From positions 31,488-95,487 of the IMG/VR virus record IMGVR_UViG_3300032216_001431: 64,000 nt of DNA. The stretch is one strand, 5' to 3'. The position numbers and the translations under genes were made by a program. This DNA is from a virus (taxonomy: Duplodnaviria > Caudoviricetes). This document shows positions 58,063 to 64,000 of this stretch, piece by piece (position 1 is the stretch's first letter; every line of letters begins with the position of its first letter). The notes beneath the pieces were generated by a model. The model searched no databases, was not told the DNA's origin, and saw only the letters and a list, made by a program, of their open reading frames with translations.

Positions 58063-59350
58063 ACGCAGCGAAATTGCTGTGGCTATTTTTGGTTTAGGTT
58101 TGGGACTTGTTTTTGGAAGTTCCATTTTTATTGTACCTAAACCTTTGTTAGGTCTAAGTTCCCTTGGTCATATTTTTGCTATGACTGGAACCTACTTATG
58201 TCTTGTAATGATACTCTTGTCTTCTAGAATTCCCATACTTGAACGTGGAGTAGGGCATGACAAAATGATACTATGGCATAGGAAAATAGCCCCCTACGCT
58301 CTCCTGCTCATCTTTCTTCACATAAACATGAACACTTTATCTTATGCTAAAGGTGTTCGTAAAACTTTTATGGATCAGATCCAACTTTTTTATACAGAAT
58401 ACCCTTGGATGCCTCAAGCAATCATTGCTGGTTTAATGATGTTTATATTAGGAATTATAAGTTATAAAAAAATCAGGACCATGATGCGGTATGAAGTTTG
58501 GTGGTCTTTACATTTATTATTTTATGTTTCTGTAGTATTAGCATTTGGGCATCAATTAGAAGTAGGAAGTATTTTTGTTAAACACCCTTGGATTAAGTCA
58601 GGGTGGATTGTGTTGTATGTAGGAACATTCTTAATTATTTTTGTGACAAGACTCCTACTGCCAACCTTGTTCTCTTACAAACATAAATTAAAAATTGATC
58701 GTGTAATTAGAGAAAGCAAAGATGTTTATAGTGTTTATATAAACGGGAAAGACCTTGACAAGGTATATGCTCATGGTGGACAATTCTTTCAGTGGAGATT
58801 TCTTACAAGAAAATGGTGGTGGCAGGCACATCCATATTCCCTGTCCCGTTCTCCAAAAAATGGACAACTTAGAATCACTGTTAAAATTTTAGGTGATCAT
58901 AGTTATGATGTAGCAAAGAGATTACGTCCCGGCACTAGAATTTTTGCTGAAGGCCCGTACGGAATTTTTACTTCAAAGAGGCGGGAAGGAAATCTAATAG
59001 CAGCGTTTGCTTCAGGTATTGGAATTACCCCAATCTTGGCGATGCTGGAAGAACTTCCTAAAAGGGCAGACGTTATTTTAATTTACAGAGTTTCTAGTGA
59101 AGACGATATAATTCTTTACGAAGATCTAGAAAGTTTGTTTTTAACAAATCACTGGAAATTATATTATTTAATCGGTGATCGAAAAGAACATCCGATGACT
59201 GCTAACCACATACGTCAGTACATCCCAGATCTTGGTTTTAGAGAAGTTTATGTATGTGGGTCAGAAGGTTTTATGGATGATGTAATTACGCTTGCATTAA
59301 ATGCAGGTGTTATGGATAATAGGATATACCACGAATCATTTTCGTTCTAA
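58055..59350 (+). CDS. Ferric-reductase/NADPH-oxidase-type membrane flavocytochrome
   Basis: About six TM helices with two His pairs (WHRK..FLH; LHLL..FGH); FAD motif HPYSLS; EGPYG; GIGITP; VCGS; terminal ESFSF. Confidence 0.9.
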   Translation: MNKRSEIAVAIFGLGLGLVFGSSIFIVPKPLLGLSSLGHIFAMTGTYLCLVMILLSSRIPILERGVGHDKMILWHRKIAPYALLLIFLHINMNTLSYAKGVRKTFMDQIQLFYTEYPWMPQAIIAGLMMFILGIISYKKIRTMMRYEVWWSLHLLFYVSVVLAFGHQLEVGSIFVKHPWIKSGWIVLYVGTFLIIFVTRLLLPTLFSYKHKLKIDRVIRESKDVYSVYINGKDLDKVYAHGGQFFQWRFLTRKWWWQAHPYSLSRSPKNGQLRITVKILGDHSYDVAKRLRPGTRIFAEGPYGIFTSKRREGNLIAAFASGIGITPILAMLEELPKRADVILIYRVSSEDDIILYEDLESLFLTNHWKLYYLIGDRKEHPMTANHIRQYIPDLGFREVYVCGSEGFMDDVITLALNAGVMDNRIYHESFSF

Positions 59351-59359
59351 GGAGAACAC

Positions 59360-59842
59360 ATGCAAGTTTTTATGTCAGAGTACACGTTTGAAGAGTCTGC
59401 TAAGGTACTAGACAATAAGCGTTTGGTCAAGCAGTTGCTTGAGGGTCGTCAGATTCTCGCTGCGCTTTCAGGGCAGACTAAGGGGTGGCGTAACCATCCA
59501 GCAACAAGGATGTTTGAGGGGTATGAACCTGCCCTATTTGATTACTTGTACTATGTTGCTAAGGAAATGGAACGTCGTGGCTACAAGACTGAGAATAATT
59601 GGAATGAAATTGTAAGGCTTGGATTAGCCCACTTTATTGTTGATAGTGATTACGAGATGCCCCCTTGGTTTGTTGATCGGTCAACTCTTCATAGTGTTGT
59701 AACTACTCATCGTAGAAGCCTTTACAATAAAGCCCCAGAGTTGTATCCTCAGTATGAGTATGAAGCATCTATCGGTGCTGATTTTGTTTGTTGTGATAGT
59801 TGTAACTATTATTGGCCTACACATGTAAAGGAAAAAGTATGA
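59360..59842 (+). CDS. Pyrimidine-dimer DNA glycosylase (DenV/MSMEG_6728-like)
   Basis: MQVF..LD.KRL.KQ..E..Q..GW.NHPA..M..H...L..K.P..Y..Y.WP. Confidence 0.85.
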   Translation: MQVFMSEYTFEESAKVLDNKRLVKQLLEGRQILAALSGQTKGWRNHPATRMFEGYEPALFDYLYYVAKEMERRGYKTENNWNEIVRLGLAHFIVDSDYEMPPWFVDRSTLHSVVTTHRRSLYNKAPELYPQYEYEASIGADFVCCDSCNYYWPTHVKEKV

Positions 59843-60069
59843 CAAGCATCGAATATAAAGATCTGCGTATTAGTCCAGAAGAATTTTTGACTATTGTGGC
59901 AAAGGTCTATGAAAAAATTGACCTTGGTCCTAATATGTATGAGCGTGGGCACCCAGAGGATGTTTACGTTAACCTTGAAGTTGTTTTTAATAGTGTTGGT
60001 CAGGGTATTGTTGAATATATTGAGCAGGTTAAAATGGCTGTTCAAACTAGTAATCGAAAGGAAAAGTAA
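59839..60069 (+). CDS. Hypothetical protein
   Basis: ATGA overlap; AAGGA RBS. Confidence 0.6.
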   Translation: MTSIEYKDLRISPEEFLTIVAKVYEKIDLGPNMYERGHPEDVYVNLEVVFNSVGQGIVEYIEQVKMAVQTSNRKEK

Positions 60070-60284
60070 TGGCTTCTATTCTTACTACAGCAACTGTAGA
60101 TCATCAGGGAAATGAATTGTCTGTTCATTGTACTGATGCTAATACTGGTATTACCATGAAGGTTATAGTACCTTCAGATGCCATGAACGAAGACACGCGC
60201 AAGTCAGTTGGTGTCCTTGCGGCTAATATGCCGGAAGCATTTTTGAGAGGCGTTATGATGATTGCAGAGAGTCCAGATGAGTGA
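60069..60284 (+). CDS. Hypothetical protein
   Basis: Coupled ORF with RBS. Confidence 0.6.
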   Translation: MASILTTATVDHQGNELSVHCTDANTGITMKVIVPSDAMNEDTRKSVGVLAANMPEAFLRGVMMIAESPDE

Positions 60285-60528
60285 TGTTCTACCTGTGAAT
60301 ATTGGTGATTCTGTAACAATTTTTCTTGCTAATTATTTTCCAATTATTTGTAATATTGATGATATTGATGATAAATTCATTTATTTAAGTAACGGTTCAA
60401 AAGCCGACATTTATACTGGAAATATATATAATCCAGAAACCGAAGAAACTTTGGCATATATAGTTTATCCACCTGTAACAAATCAAGGAAATAATAATCT
60501 ACCACCCCCGCCATTTCCTATTGATTAG
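60277..60528 (+). CDS. Hypothetical protein
   Basis: Coupled ORF with Pro-rich end. Confidence 0.55.
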   Translation: MSDVLPVNIGDSVTIFLANYFPIICNIDDIDDKFIYLSNGSKADIYTGNIYNPETEETLAYIVYPPVTNQGNNNLPPPPFPID

Positions 60529-60611
60529 GTATTTATAAGAAAAATAATTATGTGTAAAATATACATTAAAAATATGGAGATAATAATGAAAATTAATCAG
60601 GGAAATCATCG

Positions 60612-60854
60612 ATGATTAAAGTCACTGTTAGTGAAGATTCATGGTACCCCGTCTATACGTTAGATAAGTCATCCAGTGTTTTGGATGACACAATTGAAAT
60701 TCCAGAGGCTATTTATTCTCGTTACCTCAAAATCATTCATGATTTTGAGGATATGCAAGATGAGATTCGTCAGTTCCAAACTGAGCAGAATGATTACGAG
60801 TATGAGAAGCATAGTTCGTGGACTCAAGTAAAAATGTTAAGGTATCGGGATTAA
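60612..60854 (+). CDS. Hypothetical protein
   Basis: 80 aa; WYPVY motif. Confidence 0.6.
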   Translation: MIKVTVSEDSWYPVYTLDKSSSVLDDTIEIPEAIYSRYLKIIHDFEDMQDEIRQFQTEQNDYEYEKHSSWTQVKMLRYRD

Positions 60855-60855
60855 G

Positions 60856-61026
60856 ATGGATGATCTTGAGCGGGATATGGAAAACTATTATCGGATTAAG
60901 TTTGCTTTAGAGATAGAGGATCATATCTATAATTCTAAAGACAATCCTATTGATGAGGATTCCCGCTGGTTTTTTAATGGAATGCGTTACGCCATGATGC
61001 TTTTGCGTCATGGTTCCTCGCCTTAG
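60856..61026 (+). CDS. 56-aa hypothetical protein not in the ORF track; 3' end overlaps tRNA-Arg
   Basis: MDDLERDMENYYRIKFALEIEDH...NGMRYAMMLLRHGSSP. Confidence 0.55.
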   Translation: MDDLERDMENYYRIKFALEIEDHIYNSKDNPIDEDSRWFFNGMRYAMMLLRHGSSP

Positions 61027-61089
61027 TTCAGGGGATAGAACGCGAAACTTCTAATTTCGATGTCGTTGGTTCGAATCCAACAGGTGAGA
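61017..61089 (+). tRNA. tRNA-Arg, anticodon UCU
   Basis: Acceptor CTCGCCT/AGGTGAG; D arm GTTC/GAAC with A20; CGAAA-CTTCTAA-TTTCG; GTTGG-TTCGAAT-CCAAC; no encoded CCA. Confidence 0.92.
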
Positions 61090-61111
61090 CAATTATTTAA
61101 TGGAGATTTTT

Positions 61112-61402
61112 ATGGATGAGATTGATGCTCTAATTGCAGAACTTGTTGATGCAGGAGCGTTGTTGGTTGACGGTATGCTTTTGGATGAGTTTACATATCG
61201 GTTTGATATGAAGATTCTTAAAGAAAAATACCCAGATATTTATGATATTGTTATGGAAGATATTGACGATGCTATGTTGGAATTGTTGGATCGTGAATAT
61301 ATTTCTGTTGAGTATAATGAGAATCTAGAAGCACGTTTTTCTCTTACTGAAAAAGGTTATGATAATTATAAAATAATTAAGGAGAGTCAGTCTGATGAGT
61401 GA
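61112..61402 (+). CDS. Acidic hypothetical protein, winged-helix-like C-terminus
   Basis: GGAG RBS before ATG 61112; L...YI.VEY.ENLEA.F.LTEKG. Confidence 0.65.
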   Translation: MDEIDALIAELVDAGALLVDGMLLDEFTYRFDMKILKEKYPDIYDIVMEDIDDAMLELLDREYISVEYNENLEARFSLTEKGYDNYKIIKESQSDE

Positions 61403-61679
61403 TTATATAAATGTTCCCGTTGATGTGGCGCGGGATATTGCTAAGTTTATTCGCAATAATGATAATGGTAATTTAGATCATTGGGCTGAGCATCTTGACC
61501 CTCTTAATTTATCAGATAGAATTTTTAGAATTGTTAATTTTTATATTAAATCTGAGGGTAATCCATACATGGCTACTAATGAGATTCTTGAAGAATTTGT
61601 TAATGTTATTGGTAGTGTTAAACTTATTGAAGATGCTTTTATTATTAAAAAAGACCTTGTTGGTTTAATTAATGGTTAA
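61395..61679 (+). CDS. Hypothetical protein
   Basis: Coupled ORF with AGGAG RBS. Confidence 0.6.
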   Translation: MSDYINVPVDVARDIAKFIRNNDNGNLDHWAEHLDPLNLSDRIFRIVNFYIKSEGNPYMATNEILEEFVNVIGSVKLIEDAFIIKKDLVGLING

Positions 61680-61809
61680 AGGTACGGGTAAGTTTGGTTG
61701 GTGTTTAACCGACCGGCATGACAACTGTAGAATAATTTTAACAGTTTTAGAAAGAAAATGTACATGCGAATGTCATGTTACTCAACAAAATACTGATAGT
61801 AATGTATAA
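61672..61809 (+). CDS. 45-aa Cys/His protein not in the ORF track
   Basis: FGWCLTDRHDNC...CTCECH. Confidence 0.6.
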   Translation: MVKGTGKFGWCLTDRHDNCRIILTVLERKCTCECHVTQQNTDSNV

Positions 61810-61810
61810 T
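61803..61810 (+). promoter_or_regulatory. -10 promoter element TGTATAAT
   Basis: Upstream of the AGGTGA RBS of the 61846 ORF. Confidence 0.5.
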
Positions 61811-61845
61811 GAAAGTATATCTTTAGAAAGTAGGTGAATTAATTC

Positions 61846-62136
61846 ATGGCAGATAATAATCAGCAGTTACCAAATGCTCAACAGCCTTCAGCCCGTCCAA
61901 ACGTAACATCAGAGGTCGGTCCAACAAATGCAGATAGTAATTCTTTGACAAACCGTCCCCTTTGGGATGGTGGTTACGAAGCAGTAAATCTTGGTACAAA
62001 CGAGCCTAAGACAATGGGTAGCGGTACTCCATTTGGTGGTTCAAATGTTTCAATGACAACTGGACAGCCTTATGGTGGTCCTATTGTAAGCACTGAGCAG
62101 GGTAAAGTAAGCAACGAAACCCGTCCAACAGCATGA
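61846..62136 (+). CDS. Disordered Pro/Gly/Asn/Thr-rich protein
   Basis: Strong RBS; LWDGG motif. Confidence 0.65.
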   Translation: MADNNQQLPNAQQPSARPNVTSEVGPTNADSNSLTNRPLWDGGYEAVNLGTNEPKTMGSGTPFGGSNVSMTTGQPYGGPIVSTEQGKVSNETRPTA

Positions 62137-62152
62137 TCCATGATTAAATAAT

Positions 62153-62683
62153 ATGGGAGAAAATCAGGGAAAAGTTTCACCATTGACTTCCTCCAGTAGT
62201 AATCATGATGAACAATCAGATAATTATGTAGAATACTACGTTAAAGGTGGTGAAAAAATGAACGAGAAAAATAGCGAAACAACCGAACCAGATCCTAATG
62301 GAGACATGGCTGTTTATAAGGATGTCGCTGGTGAGGGTACTTATAGTACTACCGCTAATTCCACCGTAGACGCCCCTTCTTCTTCTGATACAACAGAACC
62401 TATGGCTAAAGCAGCCTGCGCCGGTGATTGTTGTTCAGATTGTTCCTCCGATTGTGGTGGGGATTGTTGTGAAAAGTGCATGGGTATGTCAAAGGCTTCT
62501 TGCTGCTCAGATCATTCTTCTGATTGCAGTGGAGATTGTTGCGAAAAATGTATGGGTATGTCAAAGTCTGCTGATCAGCAGGATGACGGTTCCGATAAAG
62601 AGCCTGATGCAGATGTTGATGACATTCAGAAGAGTTATACACCAAAAAGTTTTTGGGGAAATTTCTTCCTTCCGGTAGACTAA
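62153..62683 (+). CDS. Acidic disordered protein with a metallothionein-like Cys-rich tandem repeat (start may be 62258)
   Basis: 14 Cys plus 1 His in 50 aa; AGGTGGTGA RBS before ATG 62258. Confidence 0.7.
   Translation: MGENQGKVSPLTSSSSNHDEQSDNYVEYYVKGGEKMNEKNSETTEPDPNGDMAVYKDVAGEGTYSTTANSTVDAPSSSDTTEPMAKAACAGDCCSDCSSDCGGDCCEKCMGMSKASCCSDHSSDCSGDCCEKCMGMSKSADQQDDGSDKEPDADVDDIQKSYTPKSFWGNFFLPVD
62429..62566 (+). repeat. 72-nt-period tandem coding repeat, 2 copies
   Basis: CCSDCSSDCGGDCCEKCMGMSK and CCSDHSSDCSGDCCEKCMGMSK. Confidence 0.9.
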
Positions 62684-62701
62684 TTTACCCGCTTTACTTA
62701 C

Positions 62702-62733
62702 GGACAGCGGCCTTGTGCCGCTGTTCTGTTTTT
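62702..62733 (+). terminator. Intrinsic terminator
   Basis: GGACAGCGGC-CTTGT-GCCGCTGTTC followed by TGTTTTT. Confidence 0.8.
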
Positions 62734-62743
62734 AGGAGAAAAT

Positions 62744-62932
62744 ATGAAAGTTATTCCAGAAGATGCTGTCTGTGTAATTTGTGATTCAGATGCAGAGTAT
62801 ATGGTTTGGGGATCGGTTCCAATGAAAACTTGGTGTTTTGATCATCTTATGGAAAAGACTGAGGGCACCTGTTATGTTTTCAAAAAGGACGGGACTGCTT
62901 CATTTTTAATTGATGGGAAGTTTAAGGTATGA
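62744..62932 (+). CDS. Small Zn-finger-like protein
   Basis: CVIC...WCFDH; AGGAG RBS. Confidence 0.6.
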   Translation: MKVIPEDAVCVICDSDAEYMVWGSVPMKTWCFDHLMEKTEGTCYVFKKDGTASFLIDGKFKV

Positions 62933-63327
62933 GAATTTTAATTGTTGGTTCTAAGAATTGGACTAACTATGATGAGTTGATGAGAAATATCACAGTTGCT
63001 ATTGAAGATCTTACTCAGCGTAATCCTGATGATAATAAGATTGTTTTTGTCCATACGGGGATTGCTGGTGCTGAAAATATGGTTACTGAGTATATTGGTA
63101 AAGTTGAAAGATACATGAAACAAAAGGGTTTCAGTGTTAAAGAAGAGTTAGTTCGTAATAAGTATAGTGGTAATGCTATGGATAAGGTTACTTCTGATTA
63201 TGATATGATTTCTTCCGGTGTTGACTGTGCGTTAGTTTTTATTAGACAGTCTTGTAAACGGTCTGAATATTGTCTGAGACTTATCAAAGAACTGGATATT
63301 CCCGTCAAACTAGTAAAAGAAAACTGA
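62929..63327 (+). CDS. SLOG-superfamily (DUF2493-like) protein
   Basis: MRILIVGSKNW.NY, VH.G..GAE, D..LVF. Confidence 0.6.
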   Translation: MRILIVGSKNWTNYDELMRNITVAIEDLTQRNPDDNKIVFVHTGIAGAENMVTEYIGKVERYMKQKGFSVKEELVRNKYSGNAMDKVTSDYDMISSGVDCALVFIRQSCKRSEYCLRLIKELDIPVKLVKEN

Positions 63328-63389
63328 TACAATTAGTAAAGATAGTCCTAATTGGGTTATCAAAAAAACAAGGAGAAATAAATATACTC

Positions 63390-64000
63390 ATGAGTAGAGT
63401 TAAGAAAACGAAATATAATAAGAAAGCAATTTTTGCAATTAGTGCTATTGCTGGTATTGGCGCTGCTGGTATCGCAACTAGTGCTATGGCAGACATTTCA
63501 CTTCCCTTTCCTGTTGATGCACCGGATTTGGAAAGTTTAACTGTTGTCGCAAACGCTAATTCAACTGTTTATGCGAGGAATGCTCAGATGTCCTTGACGA
63601 CAACTAGCAGCAAGAATATCGTAGTTCCCGGCAGTACAGTTACATATACCTACAAGGTACTTAATACTGGTACTATAGATTTCAAAAATTTAATAATCGA
63701 GGATGACAAGTGTTCACCAATCGCTTATGTAAACGGAAATAATTCAGATCCGCTTCTTAACGTAGGCGAGACTTGGACATATACTTGTTCTACAAAGGTT
63801 CTCAAGGACCAGACAAATAATGCTAAGGTTACAGGAACTCCTGTACTTCCTTCTAGCACCGCTGCCCCTACACCAACACCAACACCAACTGGTACCGTTA
63901 CACCAACACCAACACCTAGCCCAACTGCTACTGGCAGCACCATCAAAGATGGTACATACCTTGGCAAGCAGGCAACTGTTGTAGTTGCTGGAGAAGGAAT
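63390..64000 (+). CDS. Secreted protein, 3'-truncated: signal peptide, DUF11-like Ig domain, PT linker, probable start of an FMN-binding domain
   Basis: Not in the track (no stop in window). MSRVKKTKYNKKAIFAISAIAGIGAAGIATSAMA; PGSTVTYTYKVLNTG..DDKC..L.VGETWTYTC; (PT)n; KDGTYLG. Confidence 0.7.
   Translation, partial: MSRVKKTKYNKKAIFAISAIAGIGAAGIATSAMADISLPFPVDAPDLESLTVVANANSTVYARNAQMSLTTTSSKNIVVPGSTVTYTYKVLNTGTIDFKNLIIEDDKCSPIAYVNGNNSDPLLNVGETWTYTCSTKVLKDQTNNAKVTGTPVLPSSTAAPTPTPTPTGTVTPTPTPSPTATGSTIKDGTYLGKQATVVVAGEG

Noticed and set aside
61680-61800. Apparent intergenic gap as a possible ncRNA
   Set aside because: Explained by the 45-aa Cys/His ORF at 61672-61809
3161-63967. All minus-strand ORFs and short nested plus-strand ORFs in the track
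   Set aside because: They lie within longer motif-bearing + strand genes or RNA features and show no recognisable motifs; treated as shadow ORFs
1-64000. Stop-codon reassignment
   Set aside because: Genes are full length in the standard code, TAA, TAG and TGA all terminate genes, and no suppressor tRNA was found

Overview
A 64 kb segment of a large, AT-rich, tailed dsDNA bacteriophage. All credible genes are on the + strand, tightly packed, in the standard genetic code. Gene order: (1-20.9 kb) tail/baseplate and Ser/Thr/Gly-rich fibre genes; (20.9-34.3 kb) HNH, metallophosphoesterase, holin, and a replication/recombination module (DnaB, primase, gp32-like SSB, DnaE, MazG-like, RecA, resolvase, Cas4-like exonuclease, RuvC); (34.3-47.1 kb) a 19-gene nucleotide-sugar, glycosyltransferase and methyltransferase island; (47.1-52 kb) IMPDH/GMP reductase, terminase subunits, tRNA-Ile(UAU), a candidate 120-nt structured RNA and an HNH; (52-64 kb) endolysin, Dps, Rpf-like transglycosylase, nuclease, GT4, Ntn peptidase, a NOX/ferric-reductase-type flavocytochrome, a pyrimidine-dimer glycosylase, tRNA-Arg(UCU), a Cys-rich metallothionein-like protein and a truncated secreted protein that appears to enter an FMN-binding domain. 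The architecture resembles large actinobacteriophages, so an actinobacterial host is inferred but not shown. Main leads: a possible phage-encoded trans-membrane redox/iron module, the glycan island, the unexplained RNA between the tRNA and HNH, apparent avoidance of CCWGG and AGCT, and a duplicated fibre plus variable-tip cassette. All calls are from motif recognition by eye; no searches were run.
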